Below are positions 39,376 to 48,265 of a stretch of 64,000 bases of DNA, piece by piece. The notes under the pieces are model-generated. The model was not told the origin of the DNA and did no database searches. It was given only the letters and a program-made list of their open reading frames with translations. Origin of the DNA: Clostridium sp. (GTDB taxonomy: Bacteria > Bacillota > Clostridia > TANB77 > CAG-508); assembly GCA_052174015.1 (NCBI GenBank), contig JBQMXM010000001.1:27962-91961 (forward strand), read 5' to 3'. Every line of letters starts with the position of its first letter. Position 1 is the first letter of the stretch. The position numbers were made by a program, and so were the translations under genes.

Positions 39376-40563
39376 CTAATCTACTTTAGCTGATATTTTT
39401 CCATCTGCAAAAGTTATTTGTATTTTTTCTCCTTTTGATAATTCTGATATACTTAAAACTACATTATTATCTTTTTCTACTACTGTATATCCTCGTTTTA
39501 ATATTTTTAAAGGATTTATTTCTTCTAATTTTAGAACATTTTTATCTAATATATTCTTTTTTTGGTCTAATATTTTTAAAATATCTTTTTCCATTCTTTC
39601 TATTAATATATCTAATTTTATCCTTTGTGTATCTATTTTAGATTTTGGACTATATTTTTCTAAATTAAGCCTATAACTATCTAACCTATATTTGTGTTGC
39701 CTTATAATATTTTTAGTTACAACATTAAATTTCTTAGTTATGATTGTTAATCTTTCTTTTAATTCTTGTAAATTTGGAACAGCAAGTTCTGCTGCTGCAC
39801 TTGGTGTTGGTGCAACTCTATCTGCAACATCATCTGTTAATGTTTTATCTGTTTCATGCCCTACAGCTGCAATTACTGGTATTTTTGATTCAGCTATCGC
39901 CCTTATAACTATTTCTTCATTAAAAGCCCATAAATCTTCTATTGAGCCTCCTCCACGCCCAACAATTAATACATCTACTTCATTTTTGAAGTTCATATAT
40001 TTTATACCTTCTACTATTTCTTCTTTTGCATTTTCTCCTTGTACTGCTACAGGATATAGGTGTATTTCAACTCCAGGATTTCTTCTTTTAGATACATTTA
40101 ATATATCATGTATTACTGCTCCTGTCCTTGAAGTTATAACCCCTACTTTTTTTACAAATTTTGGTATTTCTTTTTTTCTTGAAATATCAAATAATCCTTC
40201 TAAAGCAAGTTTTCTTCTAAGTTCTTCTTTTTTTTCGTTTAAATCTCCTACTCCAATTTTTTTAATTGCAACTACTTGTAATTGATAATATCCTCCCATT
40301 GGATATGTTGTTACTGTTGATAACGCAAAAATACTATCTCCATCTTTAATTTCTGTATCTTGTCTTTGTGCATGTCCTTTAAACATTATACATTTTATAA
40401 CACTGTTTTCATCCTTTAAAGTAAAATATATATGTCCTGAAATATTCTTTTTGTAATTTGATACTTCTCCTTTTACACATACTGCTTTAAATATTTCTTC
40501 AGATTCTATTTTTTCTTTAATTAGTTTATTAATCTCACTTACACTTATAGGTTTATAAGTCAT
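39376..40563 (-). CDS. xseA: Exodeoxyribonuclease VII large subunit
   Basis: N-terminal OB-fold (VCVKGEVSNYKKNISGHIYFTLKD), a catalytic core and a C-terminal coiled coil. Start moved to the ATG at 40563 (AAAGGAGA RBS). Confidence 0.9.
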   Translation of the reverse strand: MTYKPISVSEINKLIKEKIESEEIFKAVCVKGEVSNYKKNISGHIYFTLKDENSVIKCIMFKGHAQRQDTEIKDGDSIFALSTVTTYPMGGYYQLQVVAIKKIGVGDLNEKKEELRRKLALEGLFDISRKKEIPKFVKKVGVITSRTGAVIHDILNVSKRRNPGVEIHLYPVAVQGENAKEEIVEGIKYMNFKNEVDVLIVGRGGGSIEDLWAFNEEIVIRAIAESKIPVIAAVGHETDKTLTDDVADRVAPTPSAAAELAVPNLQELKERLTIITKKFNVVTKNIIRQHKYRLDSYRLNLEKYSPKSKIDTQRIKLDILIERMEKDILKILDQKKNILDKNVLKLEEINPLKILKRGYTVVEKDNNVVLSISELSKGEKIQITFADGKISAKVD

Positions 40564-40699
40564 TTCTGTCTCCTTTTTCAATATAATTATTATACTAAAA
40601 TATATATGTTTTAACAACAATATAATATGAAAAGAAATAAAAAATGATAAGAAATAATATCAATCTCAATTAAATGAGTTATTATATCTTATCATTTGT

Positions 40700-41194
40700 C
40701 TATTTATCACCTATTGTTTTAACATATGTAGCTAATACTCCATTTACAAACTTTGTATTTTTAGTATCTTGATATCTTTTAGAAATATTTATTGCTTCGT
40801 TTATAGCTATCTTATAATCCAATTTTAAATATTCTATTTCTATTATTGCTAATTTTAATAATGCTTTTGATACTTTTTGTATTCTGCTATATTCCCAATC
40901 TTTTCTAAGTTTATCTGTTATTTCTTTTTGAATATACTCAATATTATTATTTAATATTCTAACTATTTGTTTTAAATATTTGATATCTTGTTCTGATTTA
41001 ATATTATGAATTTGACAATATATTTCTACTTTTTCTTCTGTTTGTTTCTCAAACTCTGAACTAAATACTATTTTAAAAGCATTTTCTCTTAAATCTCTTC
41101 TTGATAGATTTTTAATTTGTTTTTTAGTATCTTTTTGTACTTCTTCTAATTTTTGTTTTTGTTTTTCTTCATCATATTTTTCTAAATCTATCAT
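40700..41194 (-). CDS. nusB: Transcription antitermination factor NusB (with ~30-aa N-terminal extension)
   Basis: Core RRDLRENAFKIVFSSEF... matches NusB. Positioned between the asp23 module and xseA, as in Bacillus. Confidence 0.7.
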   Translation of the reverse strand: MIDLEKYDEEKQKQKLEEVQKDTKKQIKNLSRRDLRENAFKIVFSSEFEKQTEEKVEIYCQIHNIKSEQDIKYLKQIVRILNNNIEYIQKEITDKLRKDWEYSRIQKVSKALLKLAIIEIEYLKLDYKIAINEAINISKRYQDTKNTKFVNGVLATYVKTIGDK

Positions 41195-41409
41195 TAATTT
41201 TCTTTATCCTTTCTTAGCTTTTCTATTATTTCTTTTACTTTATTTTCATTTTTATCTATATATAATCCTATTAATAATGCTCCTACAAAGAATATTACAT
41301 CTATTATTACCATTGTTAATCTAAATAATATTACTATTATTGCTACAAACGCTATTATTAAAGTATATTTGTTTTCTTTTATGAATTTTATAAAATCTTC
41401 CATATTCAC
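41194..41409 (-). CDS. DUF2273 small membrane protein (asp23-operon associated)
   Basis: 71 aa with two TM helices, in the context between an AmaP-like gene and nusB. Confidence 0.55.
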   Translation of the reverse strand: MNMEDFIKFIKENKYTLIIAFVAIIVILFRLTMVIIDVIFFVGALLIGLYIDKNENKVKEIIEKLRKDKEN

Positions 41410-41431
41410 CTCCTAAATTTTATTATAATCA

Positions 41432-42130
41432 TTATTTTGTTTTAGCTTTTGGTGTTTGTTTTATTTGTTTTGTTTCTTTATTTTCTTTTTCTTTTTCTTT
41501 TTCGTTTTTATCTTGAGTTTCTTTTTTTAATTCCTTATTTTCTTTTAACTCTTTGTTTTCTTCTTTATTTACAGTTTTATTTGTTTTAGATGTTTTTGAT
41601 GATATATTTTGTATACTTACATTTACTGCAGATACATTTAAGTCTGAAGCTTGTTTTATTGAAGTTATTACTTCATCTTGTATTTGTTTAGTAACTTCTT
41701 TTATCACTGTATCCTTATATACTACGATATCAATATTTACTTCTAATTCTGTATCTTTATTAAGTAATATTTTAGGTGTTGCATTTACAACTCCTGGTGT
41801 ATTTAAGCTTAAATCTCTTATTAAATTTTGTAATGTTGTTTTAGAAATTAATAGTTTTCCATTATTATTTTCTAATAGTATACCATCTTGCACTTTTTTA
41901 CCTTTAGCTTGAAAAAATATTCCTTTTATTGCAAATATTCCTATAATTGTTTCTACTATATATAGTGCTGTTCTTTGTTCTTCTAATTGTATATTACTAA
42001 TTATATCTATTACTCTTTTTGAAATTTCTACCATATTAAATAATTGAAAATTAATTAATCCTATTATTACTATTATTGCTAAAACTATTATTGAAAATAT
42101 AAATAATATTATTTTGTCTAGTATTTTCAT
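41432..42130 (-). CDS. AmaP-like alkaline-shock-response membrane anchor protein
   Basis: N-terminal TM helices, then an Asp23-like domain, then a Lys/Glu-rich tail, immediately downstream of asp23. Confidence 0.55.
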   Translation of the reverse strand: MKILDKIILFIFSIIVLAIIVIIGLINFQLFNMVEISKRVIDIISNIQLEEQRTALYIVETIIGIFAIKGIFFQAKGKKVQDGILLENNNGKLLISKTTLQNLIRDLSLNTPGVVNATPKILLNKDTELEVNIDIVVYKDTVIKEVTKQIQDEVITSIKQASDLNVSAVNVSIQNISSKTSKTNKTVNKEENKELKENKELKKETQDKNEKEKEKENKETKQIKQTPKAKTK

Positions 42131-42132
42131 AT

Positions 42133-42663
42133 CTACCCCTTTTTATTTTTTAATTTATTTTTCTTTGGTTTTTCTACTTTAATTTTTGTTATATCTAATT
42201 CTTCTATTTCTTCCTCTTTAAATTTTATACCTTTTATATGTACATTTACTTCACGAACATTTAATCCTGTCATTTGCTCTACAGCTTTTTTTACTTTTGT
42301 TTGTATTTCAAATGCTACATCAGGTATTCTCATTCCATAATTAACATTAATACTTATATCTATAATTACTTTATCATCATTTATTTCTACTGTTATACCT
42401 TTTGTTGGTCTTGTCCAATTTCCTATTACTTCACCTATATCTTGTAATATACTTCCTTGTCTATCAACTCCTGGTATTTTTTCTATTTCAAATGATGCTA
42501 TTGAACTTATAACATCTGGTAATATTTCTACACTATCTTGATATTTTTTTTCTTGTGTTGTTTTTTCATTTTTTGTATCTTTAACTTCTTTTTTAGTATT
42601 TACATTTTTCTTTACATTTTCTTTTTCACTTTTTTCTTTTTCGTTTTCTTTTGTTTTAGCCAT
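42133..42663 (-). CDS. asp23: Asp23/Gls24 family envelope stress protein
   Basis: Core ISSIASFEIEKIPGV...GITVEINDDKVIIDISINVNYGMRIPDVAFEIQ typical of the Asp23/Gls24 family. Confidence 0.8.
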   Translation of the reverse strand: MAKTKENEKEKSEKENVKKNVNTKKEVKDTKNEKTTQEKKYQDSVEILPDVISSIASFEIEKIPGVDRQGSILQDIGEVIGNWTRPTKGITVEINDDKVIIDISINVNYGMRIPDVAFEIQTKVKKAVEQMTGLNVREVNVHIKGIKFKEEEIEELDITKIKVEKPKKNKLKNKKG

Positions 42664-42672
42664 AGATACCTC

Positions 42673-43134
42673 CTAATTATCATATGAAAATTCTTTTATA
42701 TTTTCTGTTTTTTCTTTTGCTTCTTCTACTTTTGTTTTATCAAATTGTGTTTTGGCTTGTATTTTTATATAATGTTTCTTCATTTCATCATATTTATCAT
42801 ACCATATGTATATATAGTGTCTTCTGATTATTGATAAATTATTAAACATTCTTGTAACAAACACAAAAATTGCTGCTAAATGTATATCTAAATTTAATTT
42901 AAATCCTAAATATACTAATGCCATTGTAAGTATTGCATTTCCAAAAAATCCACTAACAAATATTTTAAAATCAAATTTCTTATTAATCATTGATGCGATT
43001 GCTCCAAAAATAGAGTCAATTGCTGCAAGTATTGCTAATGATAAATATATTGAATATGTATATGGTATCAATGGGAATATATTACCAATAAAAACTCCTA
43101 ATAATATACCAATAACTATTATGATATATATCAT
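42673..43134 (-). CDS. sbp: Small basic protein Sbp (DUF1290)
   Basis: 153-aa membrane protein; the N-terminal ~110 aa form the DUF1290-like TM core, followed by a basic C-terminal tail. Lies after the DUF881 pair, as in Bacillus divIB-ylxW-ylxX-sbp. Confidence 0.65.
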   Translation of the reverse strand: MIYIIIVIGILLGVFIGNIFPLIPYTYSIYLSLAILAAIDSIFGAIASMINKKFDFKIFVSGFFGNAILTMALVYLGFKLNLDIHLAAIFVFVTRMFNNLSIIRRHYIYIWYDKYDEMKKHYIKIQAKTQFDKTKVEEAKEKTENIKEFSYDN

Positions 43135-43177
43135 ACTATTTCGCTCCTTTTCTTTAACTTATTACTTTATCAACTTA

Positions 43178-43429
43178 TTAATGGCATGAACATCCATTAC
43201 TACAACATCCCGAGCAACCACATCCACATCCTGTTTCTGGTTCATCTGCTTTATTATCAATTATTTCTTGCAACTCTTCTTTTCCTAAAACATATTTTGT
43301 TTTACATACATCGCATTCACCTTCTAATTTTCCTTCTTCAAGTATTGCTAATAATTCATGTTTTGTTAAACTTTCTGCAAATTCTCTAAAATCTTCTTTT
43401 GAACAACATTTATTTTCTTTATTTTCCAT
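43178..43429 (-). CDS. Cys-rich miniprotein resembling the Hsp33 C-terminal zinc-binding redox-switch domain, with an extra GCGCGCSGCCSNGCSCH tail
   Basis: 83 aa. KCCSKEDFREFAESL...EGECDVCKTKYVLGKEELQEII parallels the Hsp33 C-terminal CxC...CxxC motifs. No Hsp33 N-terminal domain is present. 16 Cys overall. Confidence 0.45.
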   Translation of the reverse strand: MENKENKCCSKEDFREFAESLTKHELLAILEEGKLEGECDVCKTKYVLGKEELQEIIDNKADEPETGCGCGCSGCCSNGCSCH

Positions 43430-43578
43430 TTTTCTACCTCACTTTTTTTATTATCTATTATTTATTGTTTGTTTTTTGTTTTTTTATTGTTTGTTTATTT
43501 CATTTTATATTAATTACATATAATAATATCATATCACATTATTTAATTTTATTATAGTATTATTATCATAATTTTAAA

Positions 43579-44574
43579 TTAATTAGAACTTGTATAATTT
43601 GTTTTTTTATCTACATTTTGTTTTTTTATTTCTACATTTTCACTTATTCTATAATTTATTTTCTTTATACTACCTAATAATTGATTTATATATCCATCTT
43701 TTAAAATAATTGCACTTTCTAAATGTTTACTATTTCCTATTGCTTTAATAAGATATGTTCCATTTTGAGCTTTTCCATTTATATGAATAATTTTACCATT
43801 TACTAAGGTTATTTCAGTATTATATGCTATACGTTCATCATTTATAGAAATCGCTTCTGCTCCTGATATCCATAATTGATTTATTAGCATAAGCAAATCA
43901 CTTTCTGTAATTTTTATACCATTTTTTTCATCATCTTGTAATGTAATTATTATCCCTTGGCCTTTTACATCTGTATATCCAAGATGTTTTCTAGTCTGTT
44001 TTAATTCTTCTTCTAATAATTCTGGAGCATTTTTTTCTCCTTTAATTGAGTTTTTATATGCTTCTATCTTATTTTGTTGTTGAATTATTTTTTGCCTATA
44101 TTCTTCATTTTTAGTTTTAACATCTGTAATTCCACTTCTAATTTCTGCATCTCTCATAAGTCCTATTTCTTTTACATTTGTTTTGTTAATAGTCTTTATT
44201 TGTAATGTAATTGTTAAAAATGTAAGTATTGATATTAACAATACAAAAAATATAAATACATATTTTTCTTTTCTTATTATTTCTGTTTTTATTATTTCTT
44301 GTATTTCTTCTTCTGATTTTGCATTATTAATATTTTGTTTTTTTAATGCTTTTCTCTTAGCTAAATTTTCTATATTTTTTAATTTGAATATATTTATTTT
44401 AGAAAATATCTTATTAAATATATTATTAGATTGATTTTTATCTCTATTATTTTTTATAATAATTTGTTGCTTTTGACGCTTATATCTAATATATTTATTT
44501 TCATCTAATTGTTCTATATTTTTTACTTGTTTATTATTTATTTTTCTTTTCTTATTTTCTTTTTGTTTTGCCAT
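43579..44574 (-). CDS. DUF881 domain protein (division-cluster YlxW/YlxX-like) with a long basic N-terminal extension
   Basis: C-terminal region GQGIIITLQDD...LWISGAEAISINDERIAYNTEI...GNSKHLESAI matches the DUF881 hallmark. Paralog of the adjacent gene. Confidence 0.7.
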   Translation of the reverse strand: MAKQKENKKRKINNKQVKNIEQLDENKYIRYKRQKQQIIIKNNRDKNQSNNIFNKIFSKINIFKLKNIENLAKRKALKKQNINNAKSEEEIQEIIKTEIIRKEKYVFIFFVLLISILTFLTITLQIKTINKTNVKEIGLMRDAEIRSGITDVKTKNEEYRQKIIQQQNKIEAYKNSIKGEKNAPELLEEELKQTRKHLGYTDVKGQGIIITLQDDEKNGIKITESDLLMLINQLWISGAEAISINDERIAYNTEITLVNGKIIHINGKAQNGTYLIKAIGNSKHLESAIILKDGYINQLLGSIKKINYRISENVEIKKQNVDKKTNYTSSN

Positions 44575-44578
44575 ATAT

Positions 44579-45355
44579 CTACCCTATATATTCATCTGAA
44601 TAAACCCCTTTATATTTTGGTATCTTAATATTATTTACCCTTTCTAAAGTTAATGATATTCCGTATTTTTCTAATATTTTTGCAACTCCACCTGGTATAT
44701 TAATTGCACTTTCTAAATAGTCTTGATTACCTATTGCAGATATTACATATGGAGCCCCTACTTTTTCATCATTTATCTTAATTACTGTACCTATACAACT
44801 TATAGGTGTTTTTTGAACAATTCTTTGCCCATTAACTGAAATTGCTTCTGCTCCTGCATTTCTTAATACATTTACTATATCTAATATATCTGTATCATGT
44901 ACAATTATTTGTGTAGGATCGTCAGACTTTATTTTTTTATCTTCTCCATCTTTTAATGTTATTCTAATACCTTTTCCTGTTAATTCTGTAAATCCTAATT
45001 TAACATTATTTTCACTTATTTCGTTTTTTAATTGTTGTAATTTCTTATCTGTTTTAGATATATCTTCTCTATGTTTATCTATTATCTTTTCTTGCATAGC
45101 TATTTGTTGTTGTAAGTTTTTACCTATTTCTTGTTCTCTAAACAACTTATCTCTTAGTTCATTAATTTCAGGTGAAATTGATGAACCTATTAATGAATTA
45201 TTTGTTTTTAATAGTGATGTGAATGTTATTGATAAAATTAATGATATTATAAATATAGTTATATATATTCTTGTTTTTTGACTTTTTTTACCATTCCTAT
45301 TTCTATCCAATTTTAATATTTCATCTATCTTAAACATAAAATTATTTTTTTTCAT
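44579..45355 (-). CDS. DUF881 domain protein (YlxW/YlxX-like)
   Basis: GKGIRITLKDGEDKK...LRNAGAEAISVNGQRIV...GNQDYLESAI. Confidence 0.75.
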   Translation of the reverse strand: MKKNNFMFKIDEILKLDRNRNGKKSQKTRIYITIFIISLILSITFTSLLKTNNSLIGSSISPEINELRDKLFREQEIGKNLQQQIAMQEKIIDKHREDISKTDKKLQQLKNEISENNVKLGFTELTGKGIRITLKDGEDKKIKSDDPTQIIVHDTDILDIVNVLRNAGAEAISVNGQRIVQKTPISCIGTVIKINDEKVGAPYVISAIGNQDYLESAINIPGGVAKILEKYGISLTLERVNNIKIPKYKGVYSDEYIG

Positions 45356-45416
45356 AATATTCTCTTTTTATTCTCTTTCTAAATTATTTATTATTATCAT
45401 TTATTATTTTAACATA

Positions 45417-46151
45417 TTATACCTTTTCTTTAAAGACAAAATATTCTCTTTTTATATTTTTATTTAAATATATTTCTCCTTCTTTTCCTTTATTTCTATC
45501 TATAATTTCTTTTATCATTACCATTTTTCCTCTAATATCTACTAACTCTGAATCTAATATTATTTTTTTCTTTTCTTTTTTCAGATTTATAATAAAATTA
45601 TCATTATTTAATTCTATATCTGTAATCATCTCTTTAAAACTATATCTATCTATTGTTTGAGTAATTTTATTTATTTTTTCTAATGTTAATAAATCTTCTA
45701 ATATTAATCTTTTTTCTTGTTCTAGATTAGTTTTTAAATTATTTATCATAATATATTCTTGCTTTTCATCAAATTTTTTTAATATATATCCTTGATTATC
45801 TATAACATAATATCCTTTTGGAGCACTTATTTGATATTCTGCTTTTCTTTCTTTTACATTTATTTTTATAGTATTTGGAAATTTAAAATTAAAACTAACT
45901 TTTTCTATTACTTGTTGTTCTTCTAGTTCAAACTTTCCTTTAAAATATCTTTGCACAAAAATATTTTTTCCTTTTTTCATTCTACTATATTCTATAATTC
46001 TTTCTGTCTGTATTTCCTTATTTCCATACACTTCTATATTTTGAAGTGTAAATTCAGGTGAAGTTAATAAAAAAATTACTAAACATATTAAAATTATTAA
46101 AATCAGTAATGTTATTAATAATTTTTTACCACTTTTTTTGTTTTTTTCCAT
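45417..46151 (-). CDS. ftsQ: Cell division protein FtsQ/DivIB-like (TM + POTRA)
   Basis: N-terminal TM helix, then FTLQNIEVYGNKEIQTERII...GKNIF, a POTRA-type start. Confidence 0.65.
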   Translation of the reverse strand: MEKNKKSGKKLLITLLILIILICLVIFLLTSPEFTLQNIEVYGNKEIQTERIIEYSRMKKGKNIFVQRYFKGKFELEEQQVIEKVSFNFKFPNTIKINVKERKAEYQISAPKGYYVIDNQGYILKKFDEKQEYIMINNLKTNLEQEKRLILEDLLTLEKINKITQTIDRYSFKEMITDIELNNDNFIINLKKEKKKIILDSELVDIRGKMVMIKEIIDRNKGKEGEIYLNKNIKREYFVFKEKV

Positions 46152-46174
46152 AAATGCTCCTTATATAATTACCA

Positions 46175-46666
46175 TTATATTTTTGTTAAATTATCTAAAT
46201 TTTCTATTCCAAATGTTAATAAGAATTTGTCTGTAGTTATATATCCCATAGGTCTTCCAATTGTTTCATGTTTAGTTCCATAATCTACTAGCCCATAATC
46301 CATAAGTCTTGATATTATAGTATCTGAGGATACACCTCTAATATTTTCTATTTGACTTCTAGTAACATTTTGATTGTATGCTATAATTGACAATACTTCC
46401 ATTGCTTGTTTTGATAATTTAGGATTTGGTCTTTTATCAAATAATGGAATTATATGTTCTAATGGTTCTTTTTTGGAACACATTTGATATTTGTTACCAA
46501 CTTTTACTATTTCTAATCCTGAATTTTCTTTTTCTAAAATCATTTCATTCATTAAATTAGATACTTCTTTTTCTGATATATTTAAAACTTCTGCAATCTT
46601 ATTTTCTGATATTGGCTCTCCTTTAGTAAATAATATTGCTTCTACTATTTGCTTTTTTTCCTTCAT
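46175..46666 (-). CDS. scpB: Segregation and condensation protein B
   Basis: IVEAILFTKGEPISENKIAEVL and the C-terminal winged helix match ScpB. No scpA is adjacent. Confidence 0.85.
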   Translation of the reverse strand: MKEKKQIVEAILFTKGEPISENKIAEVLNISEKEVSNLMNEMILEKENSGLEIVKVGNKYQMCSKKEPLEHIIPLFDKRPNPKLSKQAMEVLSIIAYNQNVTRSQIENIRGVSSDTIISRLMDYGLVDYGTKHETIGRPMGYITTDKFLLTFGIENLDNLTKI

Positions 46667-46682
46667 TTTTTATTCCTAACTG

Positions 46683-46711
46683 TTGACATTTTTTTCCATT
46701 TACTATATAAT
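46683..46711 (+). promoter_or_regulatory. Consensus sigma-A promoter for the tRNA gene
   Basis: TTGACA (46683-46688), 17-nt spacer, TATAAT (46706-46711), 10 nt upstream of the tRNA 5' end. Confidence 0.65.
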
Positions 46712-46721
46712 ACAAATATAT

Positions 46722-46798
46722 GGCGAAGTAGCTCAGTTGGCTAGAGCATTCGGTTCATACCCGAAGGGTCATGTGTTCGAGTCACATCTTCGCTACCA
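46722..46798 (+). tRNA. tRNA with CAT anticodon (elongator tRNA-Met or lysidine-modified tRNA-Ile2), CCA encoded
   Basis: Cloverleaf read by eye: acceptor GGCGAAG/CTTCGCT, D-arm GCTC-AGTTGGCTA-GAGC, anticodon stem TTCGG/CCGAA with loop TTCATAC, T-arm ATGTG-TTCGAGT-CACAT, 3' ACCA. Confidence 0.88.
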
Positions 46799-46822
46799 CA
46801 CAAGTTTTACTTGTGTTTTTTT
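46799..46822 (+). terminator. Intrinsic terminator immediately after the tRNA
   Basis: Stem cacaagt/acttgtg with a ttt loop, followed by ttttttt. Confidence 0.6.
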
Positions 46823-46865
46823 ATTTGCTATTTATATATTTAATATAACATATTTAACTTAAAAA

Positions 46866-46890
46866 AGAAAGGTAAAACACCTTTCTTTTT
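46866..46890. terminator. Bidirectional terminator hairpin (serves rpsR on the minus strand)
   Basis: Stem agaaagg/cctttct with a 7-nt loop, flanked by an A-run and a T-run. Confidence 0.5.
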
Positions 46891-47029
46891 CTTATATTTT
46901 ATATATTATCTATAATTTATATTTTATATTATATGTATTTACATTATACATATTTTTAAAATTGTTTTTCTTTTTAATATTATACTTTTTTATTAAGTTT
47001 TAAATTTAACTATTATTATTAAATTTATA

Positions 47030-47290
47030 CTAGTCTACTGTATATGGTAATGTACCAATATGTCTAGCTCTTTTGATAGTTCTTGTGATTTCTCTTTGAT
47101 GTTTTGCACAAGCTCCAGTTACTCTTCTTGGTAAAATTTTTCCTTTTTCACTTATAAATCTTTGTAATTGTTCAGTATTTTTGTAATCTAATACTAATTC
47201 TTCATCTTTACATAAAGGACAAACTTTCTTTCTCATTTTTTTGTATCTTAAGCTTTTTTCATCATCTATTTTTTTAGCTCTTTTTTCCAC
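47030..47290 (-). CDS. rpsR: 30S ribosomal protein S18
   Basis: Sequence [29 protein letters not shown] matches S18. Confidence 0.93.
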   Translation of the reverse strand: MEKRAKKIDDEKSLRYKKMRKKVCPLCKDEELVLDYKNTEQLQRFISEKGKILPRRVTGACAKHQREITRTIKRARHIGTLPYTVD

Positions 47291-47317
47291 TTTTTCCCCC
47301 TTTCAGTATAAAGCTAC

Positions 47318-47752
47318 TTAAAAAGATATATCATCTTGTGTTTCTATCTTAAATGCATCTTCATTAAATGCTGCAAAATCAATTGTTTCTTCATTTGAAA
47401 CTGAATTTGATACATTTCTTTCTTGTGAAGCTGAATTTTGTTTTGAATCAGCAAAATATGCTTCTTCTGCTAATACTTCTGTTACATATACTTTTTTTCC
47501 GTCTTTGTCATCATAATTTCTTGTTTGAATTCTACCTATTATTCCTACTTGCATTCCTTTTTTGAAATACATACTAATAAATTCGGCAGTTTTTCCCCAC
47601 GCAATTATATTTATAAAGTCTGCTTGTTGAGTTCCTTCTTTTACAAATCTTCTATTTACAGCTAAAGTAAATGTTACATATACTATGTTGTTTGCAGAAT
47701 TCCTTGTTTCTGGGTCTCTTGTTAATCTTCCCATTAATATAGCTTTATTCAT
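47318..47752 (-). CDS. ssb: Single-stranded DNA-binding protein
   Basis: OB-fold N-terminus MNKAILMGRLTRDPE and an acidic C-terminal tail ending DDISF. Located between rpsF and rpsR. Confidence 0.9.
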   Translation of the reverse strand: MNKAILMGRLTRDPETRNSANNIVYVTFTLAVNRRFVKEGTQQADFINIIAWGKTAEFISMYFKKGMQVGIIGRIQTRNYDDKDGKKVYVTEVLAEEAYFADSKQNSASQERNVSNSVSNEETIDFAAFNEDAFKIETQDDISF

Positions 47753-47786
47753 ATTTCCTCTTTCTAAGTTTTAAATTAATTTAAAA

Positions 47787-48131
47787 CTATTCTTCTATTT
47801 TATTTGTTTTTTTAACTTTTTTAACTTTTTTGTTAGCTTTTTTAGTTTCTTCTATTTTTAAAACTATATATCTAATAATATTATCATCTATTCTACAAAT
47901 TCTTTCAAATTCATCAATAAAGTTTGGTTCTACTTCAAAATTAATTACTAACCAATATGCTGAATTATGTCCTTTTACTTCAAATTGAATTTTATTAGAT
48001 TCTAATTCAGATTTAGTAATTATTTTACCATTATTATCTTCTATTAGTTTTACTAATTTTTCTGAAACTTCATTAGCTTTTTCAGGTTCTAAAGTTGGTT
48101 TTATTAAAACTGTAGTTTCATATTTTCTCAT
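47787..48131 (-). CDS. rpsF: 30S ribosomal protein S6
   Basis: MRKYETTVLIKP...YWLVINFE matches S6. Confidence 0.93.
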   Translation of the reverse strand: MRKYETTVLIKPTLEPEKANEVSEKLVKLIEDNNGKIITKSELESNKIQFEVKGHNSAYWLVINFEVEPNFIDEFERICRIDDNIIRYIVLKIEETKKANKKVKKVKKTNKIEE

Positions 48132-48201
48132 TTTTACCTCCTTATGGTTTAAACCTATACTTATTTATGTATAAGTAAGGAGCAATTACTTGCTACATAA
48201 A

Positions 48202-48230
48202 ATAATACCACTTTTTCGTATACTTGTCAA
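48202..48230 (-). promoter_or_regulatory. Sigma-A-type promoter of the rpsF-ssb-rpsR operon (minus strand)
   Basis: On the minus strand, TTGACA (complement of 48225-48230), 17-nt spacer, TATTAT (complement of 48202-48207). Confidence 0.5.
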
Positions 48231-48265
48231 TCCAAACTCAACTATATTCAAAGTATTATTTACTC

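Noticed and set aside
46722-46798. Calling the CAT-anticodon tRNA an initiator tRNA-fMet.
   Set aside because: Position 1-72 is a G-C pair (acceptor GGCGAAG/CTTCGCT) and the anticodon stem lacks the three consecutive G-C pairs typical of initiators. It is more likely an elongator Met or Ile2(lysidine) tRNA.
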